A DNA stretch of 64,000 nt, from the NCBI RefSeq assembly GCF_004010195.1, contig NC_057720.1:21301882-21365881 (forward strand). The letters run 5' to 3'. A program made the position numbers and the translations under genes. Origin of the DNA: Chiloscyllium plagiosum. Lineage: Eukaryota. Within the stretch, counting starts at the first letter, position 1; the number at the start of each line of letters is the position of its first letter. This document shows, piece after piece, positions 49,476 to 62,369 of the stretch. The notes under the pieces are model-generated. The model worked only from the letters and a program-made list of their open reading frames with translations. It made no database searches and was not told where the DNA came from.

Positions 49476-51239
49476 ATTGAGGAACTCACGGGGTTATGGA
49501 CAAAACAAAAAATCTATTTGTAAAACCAAGTACTACAGCTCTTTGAGAGAGCTGGAATGTGCAGAATGACCTCATTCTACACTTTGACAAAAGGAATTCA
49601 TAGATTTATAGAAATTCAATCATATAGTTGCTCTGTTTATTAATGCTGCCAATTGTTTTTTTTCAGTGGCCTACTAGATCTTGACATTCTCCATCTTACA
49701 GTCAGGCTGAGTTGAAGGGCTTAATCTTCTTAACCTTGCTGCTGCAATACAAAGCTGGCTGATTTCATTTAAAATGAATAAATGCATTAAACCTGACCTT
49801 TTGAAAGTGGATTTAATTTACTGGGGAATGTGAAAGGTGATGAGATGCCTTGAATTAGTTCTATTGGTATTGATTGTGTTGTGTGTCTTAAAATATTTTC
49901 CCAGATGAGGAGCATTTCAGTGTTTGAAATTCATTGGCCCAAACATATAAGCTTGAATTGTGCTTCCCAGATTTCTTCTTTCTGTTCTTCAATTTTCATT
50001 GCTGTTATTAATTTCTAAGTGACTATATTGTGATGAAAAGTGGTGTAATTCTCAGTTAGGAGGGAAAACACCAAATCTCTGTGGCACTTTGGAGACATTG
50101 CACAGAACCACACTTCGTTAAATATTACCTGTGGCAAAGCTCGGGGAAATAACTAGTACTGCTTTAGCCATGTTAAAACATGACCATGGTGTTGATGAGA
50201 AGGATAATTCCTGTCCCTTTTACTTTTTTAAGTTGTGAAGGGTCAAGGCTCAAGTTGTAGGTTGCAAAGGGCAGGATTAAAAATGAAATTTAGATGAGAA
50301 AGTAGAAATGCTATCTCATTGGTGACTTACCGTGACTATTAATCAGGTAATACTTAGACTCAGATTACTTATGCGATATAATTGTTTTAGAAATTCTATG
50401 TGGGAGGCCTGTTTGCTCTTCCACCACAAGTCCAGAAGTAAAGAACATCAGTTACTTGCTACCCACATGGTATTCTGCAGATCTTTCGGTCCAACCCACC
50501 CATGTCACCCAGGTATCCCAACTTGAACTAGACCCTTTTGTCTGCATTTGGCCCATAGCCCTTTAAACCTTTCCTATTTATGTACCTTCCAGATGTCTTT
50601 TAAGTGTTGTAACTGTACTTGCCTCTACCACTTCCAGTGGCTTGAATAGGAAAATTATGGAGACCTGTTCATGCCAGTCCACCCATAATGACCGGGAGAT
50701 TCCTCACTTACATGAAAGGGATGAGGCCAGCATAGAGGTCTTGTAAAGGCTGAAGATTCCATTCCAGATCCTTATTGTGAGTAGAGGTGTATAGGCTTTC
50801 ATTATAGCATAATTTGATCCACCATTGAGTTTAGGTCTTATAACTGACCCAGAACCCCAACGAATCTAACATTTTGTTTCCATTCTAGGGCCAAGAGAAA
50901 TATTGGTAGTTTTGGAGATCATGGAGCAATAGGGCACTAGAAATGCACTAAAGGAACTTGTGAACTGATTCTTTTGATAACCCCACAATTTCCTGCAGGG
51001 CCAGTGTTGAAGGACCCTATTGGTCATGCACTAACATAAATAGCCAAATTGCAGCTTATGGAATGCCAAGGTGAAGAGATCAGCTTTCCATCATCACAAT
51101 CCTGTACTGTAGCACCAACAATCAGTGATTTAATTTTAACTTTAACCTCAAAACTGATGCTTGTTGCCATGAAGGTACTGGTGCAGTGCACAGCTGCAGC
51201 TAACCGAAGCCTGAAAATGCTACTCTCTCCCTTTGATAC

Positions 51240-51695
51240 AATCCAATCCAATACAACACAGCACAGCACAGGAACATGCCCTTCGGGCCACCAAGCTGTG
51301 CTGATTCCTTATCCTTATTTAGACCTATTACTTATTGCCCATGCATGGTATCTAACCCTCGCGTTCATGTGTTTATCAAGATATGCCTTAAACATTGCTA
51401 ATGTGCCTGGTTCCACCACCTCCACTGGCAGAGGAAGGTGGGTTCCAGGCACCCACCCATATTTTCCCTGGACATCTCTGCTAAAGTTTTCCCACCTCAC
51501 CTTGAAGCTATCCCCTCTTGTAGACGACCTTTCTACCCTGGGAAAAGGCCTCTCAGATACCACCCACTCTGTACCTCTCATAATTTTGTAGACCTGTATT
51601 GGGTTACCCCTCATTCTCCAACTTTGTAGTGAAAACAATTCAAGTTTTTCCAATCTCCCTCATAACTAAAACCCTCCAGACAAGGCATCATCCTG
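51240..51695 (-). mobile_element. CR1 3' fragment
   Basis: ORF 51315-51653 LELFSLQSWRMRGNPIQVYKIMRG...LPVEVVE. Confidence 0.85.
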
Positions 51696-52003
51696 TTTAA
51701 CCTGTTGCTCTCCCTGTTTGTGCACCTTCTCCGCAGCCGTAACATTGTGTTCCTGTCTCTGTTCTCTTACCCTTATGCATTTTGTATGTATGATCTGCCT
51801 GTACTTCATGTAAAACAAAACTTTTCAATGTACCTGTATACATGTGAGAATAATAAATCAAATCAAGATCAAATCTGTACAGCAAGGCCAGCCATGGTGC
51901 TGCTGCTCTGGCTATTGCTGCTGTTGTCACCTGATAAGTGAAGCCAGGATTTTAAACAAAAGATTGGCAGCACTTTGAGGGAACAAAAGTTAGAGTGACT
52001 GAC

Positions 52004-52335
52004 CGGCATGGTGGCTCAGTAGTTAGCACTGCTGCCTCACTGCACCAGGGATCTGGATTCGATTCCAGCCTCAGGCGACTGTCTGTATGGAGTTTGCACA
52101 TTCTCCCATGTCTGCCTGGATTTCCTTCTGGTTCTTCGGTTTCTCCCACCGTTCAAAGATGTACGGGTTAGGTGGATTGGCTAACTTACCCATAGTGTTC
52201 AGCAATGTGTATGTTAGATGTATTAGCTGTAGGAAATGCAGGGTTCCAGGGATGGGTCTGGGTGAGATGCTCTTTGGAGGGGTGAATTGGGCTCATTGGG
52301 CTGAATGGCCTGTTTCCACACTGTAGGGATTCTAT
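52004..52335 (+). mobile_element. HE1/V-SINE-type SINE
   Basis: TGGCTCAGTAG box A, GGATTCGATTCC box B, V-domain and a GGCCTGTTTCCACACTGTAGGGATTCTATG tail. Confidence 0.88.
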
Positions 52336-52347
52336 GGACTGCTCTAC

Positions 52348-52680
52348 AGAACATAGAACATAAAAGAATACAGCGCAGTACAGGCCCTTTGGCCCTCGAT
52401 GTTGCGCCGATCCAAGCCCACCTAACCTATACTAACCCACTATCCTCCATATACCTATCCAATGCCCGCTTAAATGCCCATAAAGAGGGAGAGTCCACCA
52501 CTGCTACTGGCAGGGCATTCCATGAACTTACGACTCGCTGAGTGAAGAACCTACCCCTAACTTCAGTCCTATATCTACCCCCCCTTAATTTAAAGCTATG
52601 CCCCCTTGTAATACCCGACTCCATACGCGGGAAAAGGTTCACACTGTCAACCCTATCTAACCCCCTAATCATCTTGTACA
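52348..52680 (-). mobile_element. CR1 family D 3' end
   Basis: Near-identical to 8303-8548 and continues through part of the segment deleted there. Confidence 0.92.
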
Positions 52681-53728
52681 CAAAGATGTACAGAGAGCCA
52701 GTATTGACCCGATAACCTCTTTCTGGCCCATAAAAATCTTCAAGGGGTCTGAGCAATGTGGACAATGATGAGATTTGTGACAGAATTGACCAAGAAGTCT
52801 GGTAGGCTTCAGGGTAATTCTGCTCCATTTTTTAATACTTCTGTTATACTTGCTTGTTCTGAAGAATGTCCATCTTGAATATCAGGCACCAGCATCCCCG
52901 TGCATGCTCTGTGGGCAACAGCCACATGCATCCCACGTCCACAGACATTGGTGCCAGAAACGTACAGCCTCTAAGAATCCTCATGACATTATTTCTAATC
53001 CACTTACAGTACATTTCTGCATTTCAATGCTGCACTGTGGAATGTACCAACAACTATCATTGTATTGTTGCAACCAAGACATTGTGTTCTCAGGGACATG
53101 CACCCAGCTTATGGACTAGACCAGGCTGCATCTTTGGGCTCATTATTTTCTATCATAGAGCTCACTCACTCTGAAACTACCTGGATGTACAAAGCCACCC
53201 TGGCTTGCCTTGTCTTTGTGTGTGTTACCCCTCAGGAAGAGCCATCAGGCTCATGTGACTTTTGTCTTGCTGTGCTGCTTAAGTGCAGCCACAAAAGAAG
53301 AAATTTTGTCATGGTAGTCAGCAGACTTCAGTTAAGGCAGAGGGGTTAAGTCAAAGATACCCTCTGATACCAGTCCACTGTCAGTCAGCCACTCTGGCTA
53401 ATGAGAGTCAGGATACTCTCGGTTTGAGGAGTGAGGAGTCAAATGTTGGGTATATCTGTCTATCTGCCCAATCCATGCCTGTTTTCCTCCTAGAATGATA
53501 GAGGTAGATATTAAGGGAGATCAAAGTGGGTGCCACAGGTGAGGCAATATCCTGACTGAGTGAGTGGGCAGCACAGAGACCATGCAGGTTTAGCAGTGTC
53601 AGGGGTTGGGGTGGGTGACGGTGAGTGAGGGTTGAGGTTCAAGAGCATAGTGGGAGGTGGTTACAATAGCAGAGATGAAATGAGTATGAGATATCAGAAA
53701 GAAGATCGTGGCACTTATGACATCAGAG

Positions 53729-53826
53729 TGGTGAAGGTCATTGACCTTCTTCCTACAGCGCTGAGCATTCTTCCAGATGGCTGAGACTGCACTGATCCAG
53801 GTGGCAATCATGGACCAGGCTGTCAT
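53729..53826 (-). pseudogene. Myb/SANT-like DNA-binding domain remnant, probably from a PIF/Harbinger transposon
   Basis: AWSMIATWISAVSAIWKNAQRCRKKVNDL fits the AWxxIA...QCRKKxNDL pattern of Harbinger Myb/SANT proteins. Flanking 52690-53870 may be the rest of the element. Confidence 0.55.
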
Positions 53827-53899
53827 GGTCTAGTGCCATGGCTCCACTGCTGATCCTGAGGGTCCATGATCTTGAATTTCCCCCTTTTTCAGATAATAA

Positions 53900-55420
53900 T
53901 CCAACGGCCTCCTAAATGTCTCAAGCAAATTTTTCTTCAGTATTGTCTAAGACAATGCATTCCAGACCTTAATCAGCCATGGTGCGAAAAAAGTATTTCC
54001 GTATGTTTCTATATTGTTTCTTTTGCCAAGTACCATAATTCTGTGCCCTCTTATTCTTGGCCCTTCCACCAATGGGAACACTGTCAATATATCTTACAAT
54101 TTTGAATACCCTCATCAAATCTATTGATGCTTTCTTCTCCAAAGATAATAGTCCCAATCTCGCCATTATATCCATATGCCAGAAGTCCCTTGTGCCTGGA
54201 ACCATTTCCGTACATCCTTTCTGCATGATTTCCCATGTCTTTATATCTTTCCTCAAGATGGGTGCCCAGAACTGAACTCAGCTGTGTGGAATGCTCTGCC
54301 CCAGAGGGCAGTGGAGGCCCACTCTCTGGATTCATTTAAGAAGGAGTTGGATAGAGCTCTCAAAGATAGTGGAATCAAGGGTTATGGAGATAAGGCAAGA
54401 ACAGGATACTGATTAGGAATGATCAGCCATGATTATATTGAATGGCGGTGCAGGCTCGAAGGGCTGAATGGCCTACTCCTGCACCTATTGTCTATTGTCT
54501 ATAGTATTACAGTTGAAGCTGAATCCATGTGTTTTATATAAATTTGTTGTAACCTTCTTGCTATTGTATTAAATGCATCCATGCACAAAGAATTGTTCCA
54601 TCATAGTGCATCACAGGATGTAGAAATAAAAGACTTAAGATCAAGGTTCAGCCACTTGTTCTTCAAAATTATTAGACCATTTAATAAGATCATGTTGAGC
54701 TGGTGGTTGCCTCAGCTCCACTTTCTAGTCTGCACTCCCATCCCCCTCAACCCTTGACTCTCTTGCCCAAAGATTAATCATTTCAAATTCTTAGCATTAA
54801 ATTTTATTTGCAACATGTCCCATTCCACCATTTTGCCTATGTCCTCACTGCTCACAGATATTTCATACCATCGCAAATTTTCAAAATGTGCTCTGTACAC
54901 CAAGGCCTAGATCATTAATACACATTAGGAACATCAAGAGTCCTAATACTAACCCCTGGGAACTATGCCCTAAAACTTCCTTCAGTCTGGAAGACACCTG
55001 TTCACCACTTCTCTCTGTTACCCGTTACTCAATCATTACAGATCCATGTCCTCACTATCTCTTGTATTTCATGATAAATAGTTTTGCTGCTGTACTTTCA
55101 AATACCTGAGGAAGTCCATGATTCTCAGATCAACAGCATTATACAAAAATCTTCAGAAACTTAATCAAACATGATTTGCTGTTAACGAATCTATGCTGGG
55201 TTTCCTTAATAAACTTGCCTTCAGCCAAGTAACTATTGATTTTATCTTGAATATTATTTCTAGTAGCTTTTCCACCATGGAGGTGTTTAACTTTACACTC
55301 TTTACAAAACAAGTGTGTAACATTTGCAATTCTCAAATTTTCTGGTACCTTCCCAGTCTAAGGAAGACTGGAAGATTATGGACAGTGCCACTCCCTCTCT
55401 CATTTCTGAGTTCTTGGGTG
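53900..55420 (-). mobile_element. Old CR1 fragments with a younger family E 3' end inserted at 54285-54502 (+)
   Basis: RIANVTHLF, QHRFVNSKSCL and LGLLSLEK remnants. The insert ends in a (CTATTGT)n tail and matches the reverse complement of 11068-11280. Confidence 0.75.
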
Positions 55421-55462
55421 CATGCAAGTAGAAAAACTATTATCCTCTAGAAATTATCCTCC

Positions 55463-55565
55463 AGTTCTGAGGAAGGGTCAAAGTACCCGAAATGTTAACT
55501 CTGATTGCTTTTCACAGATATTGCCAGACCTGCTGAGCTTTTCCAGCAATTTCTGTTTTTGTATT
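55463..55565 (+). mobile_element. PLE terminal repeat with hammerhead-like core
   Basis: AGTT-CTGAGGA-A-GGGT-CAAAGT-ACCC-GAAA-T-GTT-AACT (55463-55500). Stem I AGTT/AACT and stem II GGGT/ACCC pair. Confidence 0.75.
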
Positions 55566-55911
55566 CTCTGGAAGTTTTCAGAATGCATTTAATCCAATAA
55601 TGGGTTTTACCAAGGATGAAAAGCAGGACAGAAATAGAAATATGCAATATAGATAAACCTTGATGTGAAAGCTTGGAGCTTAATCTATCAGCTAATGACA
55701 GAATGGTGAGGCATTCATCTTCAAGTCTGATCTCTGGCAAAGTGGATGGAAGTGCTACACCTGGCACCTTCTCCAGATAGCAATCATCACCACAACATGG
55801 TGACAAGATTTATGCAATATACACCATTTGTCATTTTGGCCTTTTCACAATCTACAAAATTTACGATTCACAAGGGTGCACCAGCCTAGTTGTTACTGGA
55901 CAGTTAAGTTC

Positions 55912-56290
55912 TAGAGTCAAGATTAGAGTGGTGCTGGAAAAGCACAGCAGGTCAGGCAGCATCTGAGAAGCAGGAAAATCGATGTTTCGGGCAAAAACTC
56001 TTCATCAAAAAGGCCTGATTATGAAGGGCTTTTGCCCGATATGTCGATTTTCCTACTCGTTGGATGCTCCCTGACCTGTTGTGCTTTTTAGAGTCAAGAT
56101 TAGAGTGGTGCTGGAAAAGCACAGCAGGTCAGGCAGCATCTGAGAAGCAGGAAAATCGACGTTTCGGGCAAAAACTCTTCATCAAAAAGGCCTGATGATG
56201 AAGGGCTTTTGCCCAATATGTCGATTTTCCTACTTGTTGGAGCTCCCTGACCTGTTGTGCTTTTCCAGTACCACTCTAATCTCCAGCATC
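55912..56290. mobile_element. Tandem (177-bp period) palindromic PLE-type element, four degenerate hammerhead cores
   Basis: Units start at 55912 and 56089. Each has two opposed arms meeting at CTTCATCAAAAAGGCCTGA; arms are homologous to 796-870. Confidence 0.88.
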
Positions 56291-56439
56291 TTCAGTACCC
56301 ACCCCCGCTTAGTTAAGTGCTGGAGGTCAAGTTCACGCCTCACCATTGAAATTACAAACTTAAATTTAACATATCGAGTAAATGATAGGCTGGCTGGTAA
56401 ATTGATCATGAAACCTGGCCAACTAGTTTGCCAGTAGGA

Positions 56440-57195
56440 AACATGATGTGGAGGTGCCGGTGTTGGTCTGGGGGGGACAAAGTCAAAAATTACATGACAC
56501 AGGGTTGTAGATCCCCCCCGCGGGGGCTCTGAAAGCTTGCGATTTCAAATAAACCTGTTGAACTATAACCTGGTGTTCTGTGCTTTTTGACTGAGTAGGA
56601 AACATGCCATCTATAACTGGACTGAGATACATGACAATCCAGTGTTCTGTGATTGCCTGACTGAGGGAATTTCGAATCAATCTAAGGATATCACTTTGCA
56701 ACATTCTTAGAACGCAAAAAAAGATAATTGTGGCATTGTATTTTACGCATCAGCTGAGCCTGGTGGAAATGTTCCATTTGCATTTATTTCATCTTGTCAA
56801 TATTTGCAGATCTGAAGAAGAGTCCATTGATTTCTTTATCACTCTCTCTACACATGCCTGTTGCATTTTTATGTTGTTCTGAAGGTATCTGCAGTTAGCA
56901 TCACTAAGATTCTCGTGTCACCTCTTTTAACTGCCACCAGTAGCCTGAGACCTCCAATGTTATGACTAAGTTAAGAATCACACAACCCCAGATTATAGTC
57001 CAACAGGTTTATTTGGGAGTACAAGCTTTCAGAGTGCTGCTGCCTCATCAGGTAGTGAGTCACAGCTACCCGACAAGGGAGCAGTGCTCTGAAAGTTAGT
57101 GCTTCCAAATAAACCTGTTGGATGATGACCTGGTGCTGTGTGATTTTTAACTTTGCCCACCCCAGTCCAACACCAGCACCTCAACAACATGACTA
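56440..57195. mobile_element. Two further palindromic elements of the 23483 family (56440-56593; 56968-57195)
   Basis: AAATAAACCTGTTG/CAACAGGTTTATTT arms; minus-strand core CTGATGAGGCAGCAGCACTCTGAAAGCTT at ~57023-57051. Confidence 0.8.
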
Positions 57196-57279
57196 AGATG
57201 GGCTGATTGAGCACAGGGAGCCCCTGCAACGAAATCACTGAGTTGCACTTTGTTCTAAAACATGAAGGGCAAACCTCTG

Positions 57280-57520
57280 ATTAACGGAGGCTGAGGGGTG
57301 ACCTTACATAGAACATAGAACATTACAGCGCAGTACAGGACCTTCGACCCTCGATTTTGCGCCGACCTGTCATACCAATCTGTAGCCCAAACCTTATAGA
57401 AGTTTACAAAATTATGAGGGGCATGGATAGGGTAAATAGGCAAAGTCTTTTCCCTGGGGTCACAGGTTGGACCGAAGGGTCTGTTTCCATGCTGTACATC
57501 TCTATGACTCTATGACTCTA
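57280..57520 (+). mobile_element. CR1 3' piece with an 84-bp opposite-strand CR1 3' end nested at 57307-57390
   Basis: ACCTTA repeated at 57301-57306 and 57391-57396 around the insert. Confidence 0.8.
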
Positions 57521-59674
57521 AATGGTTGGGGATGGCGTGTGCATGTCTATTGCCTGCTGTCCTGACTCTGCAACCAGAAATAGAACATAGAACAATATAG
57601 CGCAGAACAGGTCCTTCAGCCCTTGATGTTGCACCGATCTGTGAACTAATCTAATGTGTCAGTTGTTTTGCATTGGACATGATGAGCTGCCCAAGCAACT
57701 CCTGGCATAACCTTCTGCCTCGTCCAACACTCTTGAGGTCCTGGGCATTTCCAGACTTCCCACCATGTTTCTGAGGTGGAGTCACAGCGCTGTGCTGAAT
57801 GCAGCAAGCTATTTGGGCATGGAAAGATCCCAGAATTCCCAGATGATAGCTTACTTTTTGTTTATTCGCTCATGGGGTCTGAGCATTGTTGACAATGCAC
57901 TGCCTATCCTTAATTGTCCAGAGGACAGATTTGTTGTGTGACTGGAGTCACATGTGGGCCAGACCAGGTGAGGATGGTAGAATAAGAGTAGAATACCCCA
58001 CATACTGGAAATCAGATATTTAAAAAAAAACAAAAGTTGCTGCAGAAACATAACATCGGTGGAGGGGGATCAGAGTTAATGATTCCAGTCCAGTATGACC
58101 TCTTTCCCCAAAGGAGGTTTTGGGACAGCATGTCCGATTTCTTTCTCTTGAACAAACAAATGAGGCCTCATCTGGATGAAAGGCAGCATTTTAAATATCA
58201 TCATTGGGTTAGGTTATGCACACCAATTACTCCCTCCCTCTCCGTCCGTCCTTCTGCTAAATCCTTGTTTTATCCTGGGAAGATCAGAAGTGGGAGACTG
58301 GGCTCTGCTCTGTGGGCAGCATCCATTTTCCATCATAATTCCAACAGGTAAAGGAGCTTTGCAAGCTTTAATATGTTATCTTGCATGTTAGAATGCTCTG
58401 CTGCTACACAGTAATCCATTTAAAGGCTGACCGAACAAAATAGCCTGCCAGAATAAAAATGAGAGAAATACACGGGAGGTCAGTCAACAACTCACAAGAG
58501 GAAATGTAGGTTAATCTTTCAGGTGTGGAACTGAGCATAAGTGAAGGGATTGTGACAGCCCAAAGCATCTTGGAGTTCAAAAGCAGGCACAGAGACCGTG
58601 GAAATTATGATTACACTGCACCATTAGCATTTGGCTGAGATTAGCTCCTGAGAAGAAACAGGCACAGTGTGGATCTATGAGAGTGCTTCTAAGGATCAAC
58701 AAATACAGTTCCGATAAGTGTCTGGACAGCTGGGACTTCTTTCACTGGAGTTGAGATTTTAAGAGGTACCTGATTGAGGTTTACAAGATTGAGTAGGTTT
58801 GTGATAAGGGGAATAGTGATGAATTGGTTTACACGGTTTATAAGAACTTAAAGGGATAGTTGCAACAATAACAGCTTGCATTCATGTAGTTTTTTTAATG
58901 TAGTAAAATATCCTGAGGATCTTCAGCAAAGTGTTATTTGCGCAACTAAACCATAGAAGAAGGATGCAAATGCCTTGGCATGCAAAACAATACCTTTCAC
59001 TGTACATTGTCACACTAAGTATACATGATTGTAATAAATCAAATTACAGTAAATGACAATATGTTCGCCATTGAGATCGATTTAAAGGAGCACATTACTG
59101 GATGCTTATTCATCCTATTTCTGCAATGGTGGGGAATATGGGGAGCAGGAGGTTGTTTCTGGGCAAAGAAATGTCTCCTTCTGGGGTAATGGAGGCAACC
59201 CTGCCACCAGGCTGCTACCCCAAACAACGTTTAACCCTATCTCCTACCCTCTTGAAAATTAGCCCCAACCTGCTCCCAGTATTTGATTGTTATGGAGCTA
59301 TACAGATCATGGTAAGCTCCCTTTTGCTGGCTTTCCAGTTGGGTGCTTTGTGGAAGTTGTTGTGTTATGACTCAGTCTGCTAGCATATCTTTAAGAGATA
59401 TAGTATATCAGAGCACTTTTAAGAAACATACGCATGGTATCATCACTGTATGTGACCTGATCTCAGACTCCATCTTGACTCAGATCACTAAAGCAAGATG
59501 TGCTGCCATAGATTGACATGCTGTTGTAATGGATTAGTCTTAATACCAGCCCAGACACTGACATACCTGTGAATGTAATAATAATATATAATAACCAGCT
59601 GAAGTAAGACTCTGTTGGATTATTCAGTGCCATGAAGGACATACTGGCACTGGAGCATGTCTAGGAATGGTAGG

Positions 59675-60128
59675 CCTAACAAAGATGAATGGCTGAGGAT
59701 CCTGGGATTGTATTCATTTGAATTTAGAAGGTTGAGGGGAGATCGAATAAAAACTTACAAGATAATGCATGGCTTAGAAAGGGTGGACGCTGGGAATTTG
59801 TTTCCGTCAGGCGGGGATACTAGGACCCATGGGCACAGACTTAGGATTAGAGGGGGTCAATTTAGAAAGGAAATGAGGAGACATTTCTTCAGCCAGAGAG
59901 TAGTGGGCCTATGGAATTCATTGCCACGGAGCGCAGTGGAGGCTGGGACGTTAAATGTCTTCAAGGCAGAAATTGATAAATTCTTAATCTCTCAAGGAAT
60001 TAAGGGATACGGGGAGATTGCGGGTAAGTGGCATTGAAATGCCCATCAGCCATGATTAAATGGTGAATGGACTCGGGCTGAAAGGCCTTACTTCCACTCC
60101 TATGTCTTATGGTCTTATGTCTTATGGT
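59675..60128 (+). mobile_element. CR1 LINE 3' end (further family)
   Basis: ORF 59657-60037 LGLYSFEFRRLRGDRIKTYKI...FFSQRVVGLWNSLP; (TCTTATG)n tail. Confidence 0.9.
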
Positions 60129-60179
60129 TATCCATACCAAGTTTCTTCTGTTACATAAGCATTGCCACATCAGGTGAGA

Positions 60180-60570
60180 TATCTTACTGAAATATCCTGC
60201 AAAATCTGCATCAGTGTCCTGTAAACCTTTGGTGTGAGTTAGAATATGAGAAGGAGAGTTTTGAATGAGCTCAAGTTGAAGTAGAGTGGAACATTGGATG
60301 TTGGTCAGAAGAGCAATGATATTGTCAGTTCTGAAGGTCACTAAAGCATACCTGAGGATTTCAATGGTGAATGAGCTGAAACAGGAGTAGAGCTGGACAT
60401 TGTTACAGAAGTGGAAGTTGATGGTGTTGATGGTATAGTACACCACCTGTCTGAAACCCATCTTGGGAAAAGTGCAGCTCCTGATTGTGAACAGTAACAT
60501 CCAGCTTCAGAGAGTTGCAAGATGGAGATTTGGAGTTGGTGGGATGAGGGAATTAGGTTTGTGATAGTAT
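60180..60570 (-). mobile_element. L2 LINE remnant
   Basis: EILRYALVTFRTDNIIALL...LLQLELIQNSPSHILTHTK resembles the L2 C-terminal region (LIHAFVTSRLDY..ALL...LQLIQNSAARILT). Confidence 0.65.
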
Positions 60571-61236
60571 CACGAGAAAAATGACTGGTCTTAACAGAGG
60601 CTGTTTAATTTGGCCAGGTAGTTTCCTGCCCTTTGCTGGCCTCCTTCACCCTTTTCCTTCGTGCTCTAGCCTCCCTCCCTTTATCATCTCCCATGTTTCA
60701 GGCAACTTAGAGCACTTCCACCTAGTGGCAATCATGGCATTGCATGATAGAGGACAAAGCATCTGTCTCCTTATGCTAAATGCCCTCAAGTGCTTGACAC
60801 CAATGCAGTTAGGAATCTGAAGAATGAAAGGGAATTTAATTGTGGTGAGCTGACCTTTTATTGAGCACTTGATAGATGCAAGTGCATTCAACATGGCTTT
60901 CTGATGTCTGCCGCCAGGAAGCTCTTCCTGCCTTTGAAGTTCTGAGAACTTTCTTGTAAAAGCCTACCTCCTACCCATCAAGATCCGGCATTTTGACCTC
61001 CTTCCCATATGTTCACATGACCAGCTCTCTTCTCACTTCGAGGAGAGGATACAACTCCCTCCTGTTTGGAGGATAGCTTCTCCATGTGACTTTCCCTGAA
61101 GTGGTTAATGAATGGCCAGAGGGCAGTCTCACCATCCCATTAAAGGGGTGGGGTGGGGGGGGTGGGGGGTTGGTGGTGATGGTGGTGGGGATTAGTGAGC
61201 TCTCCAAGGCTGGATGGCTTGAATATAGTTAATGGA

Positions 61237-62052
61237 CATGATGTGGAGGTGCGGGTGTTGGACTGGAGTGGACAAGTCAAACATCACATGGTACTGGGTT
61301 ATAGACCAACAGGTTTATTTGAAACCACCAGCATTTGAAACCCCTATTCCTTCCTCAGGCAGCTAGGAGTACAACCCGGTATCGTGTTATTTTTGACATA
61401 TAATGGAGGTAGAAGATGGCTACAATGGAACCATTGTCCAATGTGGTCTCCTCTACACCAGGGAGATGGGATGCAGATTGGGCAACCACTTTGTGGAACA
61501 TCTGCATTCCATCTGTGAGAAAAAAAACCCTGAGCTTCCAGTTACCTGCCACTTCAACACACCATTCTGTTCCCTGGTCAACATCTCTGTCTTAGGCTTG
61601 CTGCTAAGCTCCAGTGAAGCTCAGTGCAAGCTGGAAGAACAGCATCTCATTTCCCACTTGGGGACCCTGCAGCTTTCGGGACTCAATATCAAGTTCAATA
61701 AGTTGAGAACCTGAATACCTTCTTCCATGTCCTTTACTCACTCCCAAACCCTTCACCATGTCATGACAGAGTCTGCTTTTGGCACAGTCAATCTATTTTC
61801 ACCTATTTCTGGTCCTCATTATCAGCTTATCTTTCTCCTGAGTATACTAGCATCCATCTCTTTGTGTCCCTGACTGTCACTTCCTCAGTCTCTCTGCGTC
61901 TATCTGCTCACTCCTTTGTACACCCATTCCCTGCCAACACCCACCTTTCTCTAGGTGGGACCAGTTCTGAAGACGGCTAACTGGATACAGCAGGTTGACT
62001 ATGCATTCTCTCCACAGATGCTGCCAGACCTACCGAGTTTCTCCAGCAATTT
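61237..62052 (+). mobile_element. PLE pieces: terminal arm 61237-61360 (-), GIY-YIG remnant 61430-61714, 3' UTR and terminal repeat to 62052
   Basis: QCGLLYTREMGCRLGNHFVEHL...PVTCHFN...LEEQHLISHLGTLQLSGLNIKF, homologous to 352-580. Confidence 0.8.
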
Positions 62053-62369
62053 ATGGCCAAAATGGAGCTGCTCTCTCTCCAACATTTTTCAAATTTAAAA
62101 TAGGAATGAGCTTTGCAGACAGGCCATTGTTATGGGCCTAGAACAACTTCATAAGGCAACCTGTGATTGCTGCTGTTACACTGTTGCTGCTACATGCTGG
62201 GGGAGGTAGTGTTTGAAAGGCAGTTGGGGGTGGTCATGAGGTACTTTAAGTCTCCCTAAAGATTACTCCTAAGTTATATATTCTTGATATCTTGAATCCA
62301 TGCTCACATGCTCAGGGATATTAACTGAGAGAACCAGACGGAATCTTCAACCATTTAAGGGCAAAGGCA

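Noticed and set aside
56962..57197. ATGACTAAG as a 9-bp TSD of the palindromic element
   Set aside because: It overlaps the element's own termini (ATGACTA also ends the 23763 copy), so it is ambiguous.
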